A stretch of DNA of 64,000 nucleotides, taken from Treponemataceae bacterium (lineage in GTDB: Bacteria > Spirochaetota > Spirochaetia > Treponematales > Rectinemataceae). Within the stretch, counting starts at the first letter, position 1, and every line of letters begins with the position of its first letter. Of this stretch, positions 28,979 through 38,461 are shown piece by piece. Location: the NCBI GenBank assembly GCA_963678065.2, contig CAXXVZ010000003.1, positions 608,001 through 672,000 on the forward strand, written 5' to 3'. The position numbers and the translations under genes were made by a program. A model generated the notes under the pieces. That model was not told where the DNA came from and did not search any database. It saw nothing but the letters and a program-made list of their open reading frames with translations.

Positions 28979-30382
28979 ATGAATCCGGGGAAAACAACAT
29001 TCGCTTTATTCTTCGGCAACAGAGGCTTTTTTCCGGGGGAAGGGATACTGAAAGCCAGATTGCAGATGAAGGAGGCTGTCGAGAAAGCCGGTTGCGATGC
29101 GCTACTCATGGATGAAAGTCTGACCCACTTCGGAGCCGCAGAAAGCCTCGCCGAAGGTGAAAAATTCGCGGCTTTTCTAAAGGTAAACGAAGATGTATAC
29201 GATGGCGTCATAGTCTGCCTGCCGAATTTTGGCGACGAAAACGGCGCTCTCGCCGCATTGAAATTTTGCCGCAAACCGATTTTTATCCAGGCCTTTGAAG
29301 ACTCGCTTGACAAGATGGCTCCCGACGAGCGCTGTGATGCCTTCTGCGGAAAACTGGCCATGATGGACGCTCTGACACAGTCTGGCAAAAAATTCACAAT
29401 TTTCAAACCACATGTGCTCAATCCGGATCGCCCGCAATTCATTGGTCAACTCAAAGATTTCGCGGCGATTTGCCGGATTGTGCGAGGCATGAGCAACGTG
29501 AATATCGGCGCCATCGGCGCGCGCACCACCGCCTTCAAATCAGTGCGATGCGATGAGCTTACCCTGCAGAAATTCGGAATCAATGTGGAAACGATCGACC
29601 TTTCGACGGTCATCAACTTGGTAAAAACCTTTTCTGACGTACCGCGAGTTCGCGGAAAACTGGAATCGTTGAGGAAATACACGAATTTCGGCTGTGTTTC
29701 AGATGAAAAAGCGGAAACTATCGCGAAGCTCGAGTTGGTAGTTGAAGACTTGATTGCCGACTATCGCCTGGACTCCATCGCGATACGTTGCTGGAGCGAG
29801 ATTCAACAGCAATTGGGTGTTTCCCCCTGTGTGGTGATTTGCCGTCTCAACGATAGGGGCATCGCTGCTGCCTGTGAGTTGGATATTTCCAGCGCCGTAA
29901 TGCTCCGTATGCTCAGCCTGGCCAGCCAAGAAGCATCCTGTTGCATGGATTGGAATAACAATTACGGTACCGAATCGGAAAAATGTATTCTATTTCACTG
30001 TGGACCGGTGGCCAACAGCATGCTTAAAGCCAAGGGCACACTGCAGCCTCACGCCGTCTTGGGTAAAAGCTATGATCATGAAAACTGTGTAGGTGTCAAT
30101 ATCGGGGAGATGGCACAATTCGACTTCACGTATTCCGGTTTGAAGACTCAGGACGGCGTCATATCGATATATATTGGCGAAGGCGAATTGACCGATGATC
30201 CGGTCGATAAAGAATTTTTCGGCGTGCACAGTGTGGCGCTTGTGCCACGCTTGCAGGATGTCCTTTACCATATCGGCAAAAATGGATACCGGCATCATGT
30301 CTGCCTTTCCAAGGGGCGTTTTAGTGCCGCGGTCATGGAGGCCGCCGTAAACTATTTGGGATATAAAGCGGTTATATTGTGA
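28979..30382 (+). CDS. L-fucose/L-arabinose isomerase family protein
   Basis: GNRGFFP, LPNFGDE, DAFCGK, AIRCW, ACELD, HCG, YRHH. Confidence 0.82.
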   Translation: MNPGKTTFALFFGNRGFFPGEGILKARLQMKEAVEKAGCDALLMDESLTHFGAAESLAEGEKFAAFLKVNEDVYDGVIVCLPNFGDENGALAALKFCRKPIFIQAFEDSLDKMAPDERCDAFCGKLAMMDALTQSGKKFTIFKPHVLNPDRPQFIGQLKDFAAICRIVRGMSNVNIGAIGARTTAFKSVRCDELTLQKFGINVETIDLSTVINLVKTFSDVPRVRGKLESLRKYTNFGCVSDEKAETIAKLELVVEDLIADYRLDSIAIRCWSEIQQQLGVSPCVVICRLNDRGIAAACELDISSAVMLRMLSLASQEASCCMDWNNNYGTESEKCILFHCGPVANSMLKAKGTLQPHAVLGKSYDHENCVGVNIGEMAQFDFTYSGLKTQDGVISIYIGEGELTDDPVDKEFFGVHSVALVPRLQDVLYHIGKNGYRHHVCLSKGRFSAAVMEAAVNYLGYKAVIL

Positions 30383-30408
30383 TATCGGTATAAGGCAGAG
30401 GGATCAGT

Positions 30409-31908
30409 ATGGCATATATCGCGCTGGACGTCGGCACAACAGGGTGTAAGGCCACGGTTATAGATGCTTTCGGGAAACCCCTGTACGCGGGTTATCACGA
30501 ATACGATCTTGTCTTTCCTCAGCCTGGTTGGATCGAGATAAACGCGAACAGGGTATTTAATAATGTATGTGCCGTATTGGCCGATGTGGGGATGCAGGGG
30601 ATCCCTGAACTTTCCGCTCTGGCGATCGCCTCTTTCGGCGAAGCAGTCATTCTTCTGGATGAAAACGACAAGGTTCTGGACAACAGCATCTATTACTCCG
30701 ACGTCCGGGGCAGCGCCGAGATCTCTGATATTCTCGAAAAGCTGGATCACACATCCATTCAGCGTATCACAGGCATGCCTGTAAATTCCATGTATTCTCT
30801 GAACAAACTTTTGTGGATCACCAAGCATAAACCGGAACTGCTCAAAAAAGCCAGGCGATTCATGCTATTCGGGGATTATATCGGCTTTCGCCTGAGCGGC
30901 GAGGCCTGCATTGATTTTTCACTGGCCTCTCGCAGCATGATGTTTGACATAGACAGGAAGCAATGGTCGGAAAGCATTTTCAACTGTTTCGGTTTTGACC
31001 GCGAGCGCTTCTCAAAGCCCATTGCAAGCGGCACGATATACGGAAATATTCGACCTGAAATAGCGAGAAAGCTCTCCCTGAATCCGGATCTGCGAATAGT
31101 GACTGGAGGCCACGATCAGGCTTGTGCGGCGCTGGGGACGGGCGCGATCGAAGCGGGTCAGGCGACAATCGGAATGGGGGCCTCTGATTGCCTCGTGGCA
31201 GTCCTCGATAAAGAACAAGCTGAATCCGACATGTACGCCGATAATTTTTGCCGCGAGCCTCATGTCGTTGGCGACAACTACATCACTCTCGCGTTTACAA
31301 CGACCTCCGGAGCCGCGCTCAAGTGGTACAGAGACACTTTCGAGAAATATCGCCATGCTGAGAATATACAGTGCAGCGTGAATACCTACGCCCGGTTGGA
31401 CGAAGAATGCCCTGACGCACCGACCGGCCTGCTTTTTCTTCCGCATATGGCGGGAAGTGGTACTCCAGCCATGGATTCAAACTCTTCCGGCGCTTTTCTG
31501 GGATTGAGACTCTCAACGACAAAATCGCAGATGTACAAAGCCATAATGGAAGGAATTTGTTTCGAGGGCAAATACAATCTTGAAAAGCTCGCGCAGCACG
31601 GCATTGCTGTCGCCCACTTGGTCGCGGCGGGAGGCGGCGCCTGCTCCCAGACTTTTTTGCAGATAAAAGCCGATATCACAGGTCTGGATATTGAAACGGC
31701 CGCAGTTACCGAAGCCGGAACCTTGGGGTTGGGCATCCTCTGCGCCCTGGCCCTGAAGGACTACCCCGATGTCCGCAGTGCAGTGGCCTCCATGACAAGA
31801 ACCATGGATCATTATGCGCCCGATCCCGTGCGGCATGCGCAATATGAAAATTACTACCGGCACTACAAGCGGATATACCAGACCTGCAATACCATCTGGG
31901 AGGAATAG
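30409..31908 (+). CDS. FGGY family carbohydrate kinase
   Basis: LDVGTTGCK, SLASRSM, GGHDQ, LFLPHMAGSGTP, AIMEG, GGG...QIKAD. Confidence 0.92.
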   Translation: MAYIALDVGTTGCKATVIDAFGKPLYAGYHEYDLVFPQPGWIEINANRVFNNVCAVLADVGMQGIPELSALAIASFGEAVILLDENDKVLDNSIYYSDVRGSAEISDILEKLDHTSIQRITGMPVNSMYSLNKLLWITKHKPELLKKARRFMLFGDYIGFRLSGEACIDFSLASRSMMFDIDRKQWSESIFNCFGFDRERFSKPIASGTIYGNIRPEIARKLSLNPDLRIVTGGHDQACAALGTGAIEAGQATIGMGASDCLVAVLDKEQAESDMYADNFCREPHVVGDNYITLAFTTTSGAALKWYRDTFEKYRHAENIQCSVNTYARLDEECPDAPTGLLFLPHMAGSGTPAMDSNSSGAFLGLRLSTTKSQMYKAIMEGICFEGKYNLEKLAQHGIAVAHLVAAGGGACSQTFLQIKADITGLDIETAAVTEAGTLGLGILCALALKDYPDVRSAVASMTRTMDHYAPDPVRHAQYENYYRHYKRIYQTCNTIWEE

Positions 31909-31913
31909 GAAAA

Positions 31914-32876
31914 ATGCCGCTTACGCAATCGCGACAAGAAGCCCTTGAACAAATCGATCGTATGCGTGCCAACAAAGCCTGTATGGCGATCTTTTGCACG
32001 GCCAGCCACTGGAATACGGAAGCCGTTTTGAAGGCCGCCAGTGATTTTGCCACACGCCACGAGATTAAAGATATTCCTGTTGCGGTTGCCATCACCTATA
32101 ACTACCGGCACATGAGCCAGGCCAGGCGGGTCACCTACAGCCAAGACCCCAAAACAGGATTCCTGGCAATCATGGATTACTTGAGGCGACTCTGCAACGA
32201 CGAGGACTCGCCATATCGGAACGTCCGCGTATTGGCGCATCTTGATCATGCCAATCCGGTCGATGATCAGTGGGCCCTCACGGAAGGCATTGATTACCTT
32301 GCGAGCGTGATGTTTGACGCGCAGAATTATCCTCTGGAAGAAAACATAGCTTTGACAAAGGCTTACGCGGAAAAACATTCCGCCAGGGTTCTTGTCGAAG
32401 GCATCATGGAGGAACTCAGCGTTCCCGGAAATATTAAAGATCATCGTGGAGATGATTATATTGCGAAAGCCACGGGGTATGTAAAAAGAACAGGCGTTGA
32501 CTTTTTAGTGGCGGATTTGGGCACGGAGCAGCAATCAAGCGGGGTGGGAAAGGCGGTCTACCTTAAACAACGCGCCCGTGATCTGACTCTGGCGCTCGGA
32601 AAACCAAAACTGGTCTTGCATGGTACTTCCTGTCTGGCAGACGAGCAAATAAGAAGTCTTTCAGAGGATGGCATCATCCGGATGAACATGTGGACGCGCA
32701 TCGCCCGAGAGGCGGGGCAATACGCAGCCCAGAAACTTATGGAACGTGCGGTCCGGCTCTTTGCCGGCGATTTTGAGGCTGCCGAATCAAATCAATATCT
32801 GCGGGATTCCGTGGAAAAATCGGCACAGATCATGACGAAAACAATGGAGCTGCTGCAGTACGGGAATTTAAGGTAG
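31914..32876 (+). CDS. Class II (FBP/TBP-type) aldolase family protein
   Basis: AHLDH, SVMFD, VEG, TGVDFLVADLGT, LVLHGTS. Confidence 0.82.
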   Translation: MPLTQSRQEALEQIDRMRANKACMAIFCTASHWNTEAVLKAASDFATRHEIKDIPVAVAITYNYRHMSQARRVTYSQDPKTGFLAIMDYLRRLCNDEDSPYRNVRVLAHLDHANPVDDQWALTEGIDYLASVMFDAQNYPLEENIALTKAYAEKHSARVLVEGIMEELSVPGNIKDHRGDDYIAKATGYVKRTGVDFLVADLGTEQQSSGVGKAVYLKQRARDLTLALGKPKLVLHGTSCLADEQIRSLSEDGIIRMNMWTRIAREAGQYAAQKLMERAVRLFAGDFEAAESNQYLRDSVEKSAQIMTKTMELLQYGNLR

Positions 32877-32959
32877 CGATTGTTTCGGGACTCCTGAAAT
32901 TGAACTTTTTTCGGTTTCCACATCATCATTTCGGGCCTATAAGGCCAGGAGGTAGGGGT

Positions 32960-34255
32960 ATGAAAAGGTATTTATTTGTGGGGGCGCTGGTTCTGCTGAC
33001 GCTGTTCGCCTCTTTCGCCGACGACCAGAAATCATCGCAACAGGTCGTCGTAAGAGTGCGAAGCGGATGGAACGAGGCATCGTTGCCGAATTGGCCAGCT
33101 GCGATCAAAAAGTATGAAGCGGATCATCCGAATGTCAAAATTGTAATGGAATATACACCGGCTACTGGAGGCTCCGGCCCCAAACTGATGGCCGAGTTCG
33201 TAGCAGGGAATCCACCCGATGTCGCCCAGGCTTTCAAGACTTTTTTCAATGACTTCGCCAGCAGGAATTTGCTCGAAAAGCTCAATGCCGAATATGACCG
33301 GTACGGCTGGAAGGACGGAGTGCTTATGGGCGGCTCGCGCGCCTGGAGTTCCAAATTGCTCGATGCAGCGAACCCCAAGGCCGATGTCTACGGCGCATCG
33401 GATTATGTCGTGACAAGCGTATTTTTCTACAACACCAAGATTTTTGCGAAATTGGGCTTGAAAGAGCCGACTACTGTCGATGAATTGATCGACGTGGCGC
33501 ACAAGCTTTCGGCGGCCGGTTATAAGCCCCTCGTCGGGGCGGGAAACAAAGCCAATTTTGTCGATCTTCTGGCCAAGGTGCAGGTTCAGTTTACAGGCTT
33601 GCAGTATCTCCTTGACCTCAACAAGGGCGCTGCGAAACTCACTGACGCGCCGATGCTCAAGGCCATGCAGGTTGTGGAACGTCTGATGAAGGCAGGTGTA
33701 GTTGACAAGAGTTGCCTCACCTACACCGAACCGGACGCTGTTGCCGAATTGGTCAAGGGCAAAGCCGGCATGTTCTTCATGCACACCGTTTTTGCCCAAC
33801 AGCTGAATGATGCGAAAAAAGACAATCCTGATTTCGACTTTGGGATCATGAAGGGAATAAAGTTTACGGATAATCCCAAGGTTCTTACTGCCGCCAGTTA
33901 CGGTGGCGTTTGGGTGGTCCCCTCTTCGAGCAAAGTAAAAGAGCAAGCGAAAGATTTCCTCTTTTACATATTGGGGCCGGAAGTCTCCAAGACAAGCGCC
34001 GCCGAAGGCGGGCGCGTAACAGCTCAGCTGTCTGCCAACAGCTATCTCGCCAGTGAAAAGATGAAGGTTGTCACCCAATACCAGCTGCCTGGTCTGACCC
34101 CTGATTCCTTCTATCTGATCGATATGCTTCCTTCGTCAGTTCTCAATTCAATATGGCACGGTATGCAGGAGATGGTTGCCGGCAAGGCGAATGCGGAAAC
34201 TGTTCTTAAAAACGCTCAGGACGAAATGGATAAAGTTCTGGCTGACAAAAAGTAA
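32960..34255 (+). CDS. Carbohydrate ABC transporter substrate-binding protein
   Basis: AGGAGG RBS, signal peptide, GNPPDV, FFYNTKIFAKLGLKEPTT. Confidence 0.9.
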   Translation: MKRYLFVGALVLLTLFASFADDQKSSQQVVVRVRSGWNEASLPNWPAAIKKYEADHPNVKIVMEYTPATGGSGPKLMAEFVAGNPPDVAQAFKTFFNDFASRNLLEKLNAEYDRYGWKDGVLMGGSRAWSSKLLDAANPKADVYGASDYVVTSVFFYNTKIFAKLGLKEPTTVDELIDVAHKLSAAGYKPLVGAGNKANFVDLLAKVQVQFTGLQYLLDLNKGAAKLTDAPMLKAMQVVERLMKAGVVDKSCLTYTEPDAVAELVKGKAGMFFMHTVFAQQLNDAKKDNPDFDFGIMKGIKFTDNPKVLTAASYGGVWVVPSSSKVKEQAKDFLFYILGPEVSKTSAAEGGRVTAQLSANSYLASEKMKVVTQYQLPGLTPDSFYLIDMLPSSVLNSIWHGMQEMVAGKANAETVLKNAQDEMDKVLADKK

Positions 34256-34362
34256 AAAGCAGAGTTGTCCGGTATCATGCTGTTCAGTGAATCCATGATA
34301 TCGGACAGCTTCAAGAGACCATCCAGATGTTTTACTGATTGATTCCGGGCACAGGAGATTAT

Positions 34363-35265
34363 ATGAATAGGCGATATCGTAGGCATCTCTGGTGTTTCTG
34401 GCTGTTCATATTACCCTCGTTCGCTATCTATACTCTGCTTTGGGTTTCGCCCATGGTGTTCAGCCTGATAATAAGCTTCACCAGTTGGAGCGGTTTTTCG
34501 TTAAGTCAACTCAAATTTGTAGGACTACGCAATTATATTAACGCTTTCAATGACAAAATAGTGGGTCTTTCGATTTCGCACAATTTTATTTTTATGGGAC
34601 TTGGCGTCGTCCTCATACCAGCCTGCGCCTTTTTTGTCGCGTTATTGGTGGAAAAATTTGTAGTAAAAAAGGGATTCTTCCGAACAGTTCTATTCATACC
34701 GGCTTTTTTGCCGATGCTTCTCATTACCATTCTGTTCCGCTGGGTTTATAGCATCGACGGCGGGATGATCAATAGTCTTCTCGAAGTCATCGGACTTGGA
34801 GCGCTGAAGACCGATTTCCTTGGCAATTCCGATACGGCGATCTACGCGCTTTTCTTCATCGGTTTATGGAAAAACATGCCCTTTCACATGCTCATCCTCC
34901 TTTCGGGATTGCAGGGCATTCCGGCAGAGCTGGAAGAAACTGCTGTCATAGATGGTGCAAACTTTTGGCAGGTTGTCACGCAAGTAATAATTCCTATGTT
35001 GAAACCAATTTTCATCGTCGTTTATGGGCTCGTCATTATCGACGCCTTCAGGGTTTTCGATCTGGTATTTGTGACAACATCGGGAGGACCGGGATACTAT
35101 ACTACCGAAGTTCTCAACACATATATCTACCGTACCGCATTTGAGTCATTTCGCCTGGGATATTCAACCGCCCTTTCTACCATCAATATCCTCATGGTGT
35201 CCATTATTTCGCTGATATACTTCCGATTCACGGCAAAACAAAAAAAAGAGAGGGAAACCAAATGA
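34363..35265 (+). CDS. Carbohydrate ABC transporter permease
   Basis: FVGLRNY, LEETAVIDGA EAA motif, TSGGPG. Confidence 0.92.
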   Translation: MNRRYRRHLWCFWLFILPSFAIYTLLWVSPMVFSLIISFTSWSGFSLSQLKFVGLRNYINAFNDKIVGLSISHNFIFMGLGVVLIPACAFFVALLVEKFVVKKGFFRTVLFIPAFLPMLLITILFRWVYSIDGGMINSLLEVIGLGALKTDFLGNSDTAIYALFFIGLWKNMPFHMLILLSGLQGIPAELEETAVIDGANFWQVVTQVIIPMLKPIFIVVYGLVIIDAFRVFDLVFVTTSGGPGYYTTEVLNTYIYRTAFESFRLGYSTALSTINILMVSIISLIYFRFTAKQKKERETK

Positions 35266-36101
35266 CGAAAGGCAAACTCGGTTTTCCTGGAAAAATCGTT
35301 GTTTACGCGATTTTGCTGATCCTGGTATTTTGTGCGGTGTTCCCATTGCTGTGGATGTTCATTTCGTCCTTTAAAACAGAATCCGATTTTACCATAAATC
35401 GGTTCGGACTTCCGAAAATCTGGACTGTCGCCAATTATGTAAACTCATGGGGGCGCGGGCATTTCAGTCTTCTTTTCCGCAACAGTATTATTGTTGCCGC
35501 CTTTTCGTTGGTGTTGATGGTCGGATCGGCCTGTATGACTTCCTTTGCCTTTACACGATACCATTTCAAATTTTCGGGAAAAGTGCTTTTTTATTTTCTA
35601 GTCGGTCAAATGCTTTCAACTCAAACAGTGTTGATTCCTGTGTATTTGGAGCTTATCGTCCTGAAATTGAATAATACCCTGATAGGTTTGGCGTTGGTCT
35701 ATGTCGCCGCAGGGTTGCCCTTTGCGATTTTTCTGTTGCAGGGCTTCTTCATAATACTTCCCCACGAGCTTTATGAAGCGGCCGAGATAGACGGCTGTAC
35801 TGAATTAGGCATTTTTGCGAAAATTGCTTTACCCTTGGCAAAGCCGGGAATCGCTTCCGCTTTGATCATCCAGTTTTTGTTTGTCTGGAACGAATTCCCC
35901 CTGGCTCTTGTCGCCTTGAGTAGCGCAAACGTAATTACATTGCCTGTAGGAATATACCGTGTAGTCAATGATATGTATTCTTCCAGTCATACCTTGGCCT
36001 GCGCAGGACTCGCCATAACTGCCTTGCCAATCATCGCCGTTTACGCTTTTTTCCAGCGGCAAATACTTGAAGGAATTACCGCCGGCGCCATCAAGGGTTA
36101 A
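35262..36101 (+). CDS. Carbohydrate ABC transporter permease
   Basis: YEAAEIDGC, WNEF, ends GAIKG; ATGA overlap. Confidence 0.92.
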   Translation: MTKGKLGFPGKIVVYAILLILVFCAVFPLLWMFISSFKTESDFTINRFGLPKIWTVANYVNSWGRGHFSLLFRNSIIVAAFSLVLMVGSACMTSFAFTRYHFKFSGKVLFYFLVGQMLSTQTVLIPVYLELIVLKLNNTLIGLALVYVAAGLPFAIFLLQGFFIILPHELYEAAEIDGCTELGIFAKIALPLAKPGIASALIIQFLFVWNEFPLALVALSSANVITLPVGIYRVVNDMYSSSHTLACAGLAITALPIIAVYAFFQRQILEGITAGAIKG

Positions 36102-36135
36102 CCGCTGAAATGTTTCCGCTTACAAGGAGATCGCG

Positions 36136-38313
36136 ATGGAGGACAGACAAAATTCAGCCTATGTCAATTATAAACAGTACGGATTGCGCTTCGATCTTTC
36201 GAATAACTCCTTTTCCTGTTTTTACGGCTCACGCGGCTGCGTAGTAAAAAATGCAGGCGTTGAGGGAGTATATAAACACGGTAAAAAACTCTTTGATCTT
36301 GGAGATTACAGGAGCAGCAGTTTCAGAATTGAACAGGAGATGGACGCCTCGAAACTTGCGATTCATTTTGAAAATGGCCCGGAGGCGTTATCGGAATTGA
36401 CTTTGATTTTCGGCTTAAGCTCTGCAGGAATTCAACTGCGAATGGATACTCGCGGAGATATCGATTACCACTTCAATGGCTCCCTGCAGTGGGGAAAAGA
36501 TATGGAGCATGATACCTTCGCCGTCAACCTGAACAGAGACGGTCAGGATCTGCGCTGCGCGCTTGGGCCCGCTGCTTCCACTGTCGATAACGCTTTGTTT
36601 GATAGAAACGATGACGCTGCCCTTGAGTTTTTCGGAGCAGCGCCAGTACTCTTGCATTATGATTGGTTGGAAAAAACCTATAAGTTTGCCCTGAGCACAG
36701 TCGGGAACGACATAATTCGCGGCTTTGGCATACGAGTTCAAACCCGTGTATATGAAGGGCGCTTCAATATTCCATATTGTGCCATCAACAAGCAAAATAC
36801 CTTTCCGACACCGCCTGCAGGCTGGATGACCTGGTACGCGGTGCAATTTGACGCCAACGAAAATACCGTATTGGAAAATGCAAGATGGCAGGCTAAAAAC
36901 CTTAAGGATTTTGGAGCCAACACAATCTGGGTGGATTGGGAGTGGTTTCACAGTGATATGTCGGGAGTTGGTTATCCCGATACGGACTCATTTCACCCTG
37001 ATCCCCGGCGTTACCCGAACGGGCTCAAGCACGTGGCAGACGAAATCAAAAAACTTGGATTGATTCCCGCGTTGTGGGTCGGCTTCACGAATGATCCTAC
37101 CGAAAATGAACAAATCAAGAATAATCCCGATATTTTGCTGATTAGAAAACCAACGTGGTGCGGACAGTATTTTCTGGATGCAAGCAATCCCAAGTATCTG
37201 AAGGAATATATCCCCGCCGTCTTCCGGCAGGTGCTGGATTGGGGCTATGAAGCCCTCAAATGGGATTGCCTCCCCAATACGCTCGGTTATCTGGACCAGT
37301 GTCATGACAACATGTTTGATCCCGAAATAACTTCGGAAATGGCCCTTCGACAGGCTATCTCAGAGGCTCGTAAGGTTGTGGGCCCCGATTTTTACATGCT
37401 CTCGTGTTCGGGACGAACTTCCCGCGACATCACCATGGCGGTCGATATTTTCGACGCAGCCCGAATTGGCGGGGATATTTTCCAATGGTCTGAGTTTATC
37501 ACCCAATGTGTCCAACGGGCCATGAAATTCTACGCTTTGCACAATGTCGTGATTTACGATGATCCAGATAATGTCATCCTGCGCGAGAAATTCAACAGCT
37601 TCGATCAGGCACGTTCCAGGCTCTCTTTCGTGTCCCTGTTGGGCTTGCCCCTGACTTTGGGTGATTCCTTGCCGCAACTGCCCGAAGATCGAATCGAGCT
37701 TTTGCGACGCGGATTGCCGGCCGTTGACGCGCACCCCATGGATATCCGCGAGAACGTCCACAATTCCCGTATTGTCAAGGTGAACCTGGCCATAGAACGT
37801 CCCTTCGAACGCTGGAACGTCGTGGATGTGCTCAATCTCCTGGTTGAAGACGTTGATATTTCCCTTGACCTGTACACTGATCTTCATCTGCAAGAAGGCA
37901 AATATCTTGTGTACGATTACTGGAAAGATGCTTTTTTAGGAGAGTTTGACACAGCGATTTCCCTGCGTTTGGGCCCCTGCGCCTCTCGCGTTTTATGTGT
38001 GCGTTCCAAGCTCGATCGTCCGCAAATTCTCAGCACTTCCCGCCATATCACGCAGGGAGCCGTGGACATCCGGAGCATGGACTGGAACGAGAAGACAGGG
38101 ACATTATCCGTAACAAGCGATGTGATCGCCAAAGACCCCTATACCGTTACGCTTCATGTCCCTGAGAATCTGAGGCCCTTCAACGAAGGGAACCAAAGTT
38201 ACTCCCCGGAATACAAGAGCGTTGGGGCTTGTCTGTGGCGGTTTACGCTCAAGCCAAAGCAAACAGGAAGTCTCTCTTGGTCTGTGGCTTTCATGTGTAA
38301 ACATCCGGTCTGA
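36136..38313 (+). CDS. Glycoside hydrolase, clan GH-D (GH36/GH27, alpha-galactosidase-like)
   Basis: PPAGWMTWY, RYPNGLK, LKWD (nucleophile Asp), ARIGGD (acid/base), DDPD. Confidence 0.8.
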   Translation: MEDRQNSAYVNYKQYGLRFDLSNNSFSCFYGSRGCVVKNAGVEGVYKHGKKLFDLGDYRSSSFRIEQEMDASKLAIHFENGPEALSELTLIFGLSSAGIQLRMDTRGDIDYHFNGSLQWGKDMEHDTFAVNLNRDGQDLRCALGPAASTVDNALFDRNDDAALEFFGAAPVLLHYDWLEKTYKFALSTVGNDIIRGFGIRVQTRVYEGRFNIPYCAINKQNTFPTPPAGWMTWYAVQFDANENTVLENARWQAKNLKDFGANTIWVDWEWFHSDMSGVGYPDTDSFHPDPRRYPNGLKHVADEIKKLGLIPALWVGFTNDPTENEQIKNNPDILLIRKPTWCGQYFLDASNPKYLKEYIPAVFRQVLDWGYEALKWDCLPNTLGYLDQCHDNMFDPEITSEMALRQAISEARKVVGPDFYMLSCSGRTSRDITMAVDIFDAARIGGDIFQWSEFITQCVQRAMKFYALHNVVIYDDPDNVILREKFNSFDQARSRLSFVSLLGLPLTLGDSLPQLPEDRIELLRRGLPAVDAHPMDIRENVHNSRIVKVNLAIERPFERWNVVDVLNLLVEDVDISLDLYTDLHLQEGKYLVYDYWKDAFLGEFDTAISLRLGPCASRVLCVRSKLDRPQILSTSRHITQGAVDIRSMDWNEKTGTLSVTSDVIAKDPYTVTLHVPENLRPFNEGNQSYSPEYKSVGACLWRFTLKPKQTGSLSWSVAFMCKHPV

Positions 38314-38461
38314 ATTGTCCTAGAGATGACAAAAGGACTGCTCGCGATACCAGGAAAAACCTCAAGCGATTAAAGGCTCGGTCAGGCTCAGATTCGGAGA
38401 TGTAGCAACACACTACGTGGGTGATTGGCAGATCAGAAACGATAAAGCGAGGAGTGAACAC

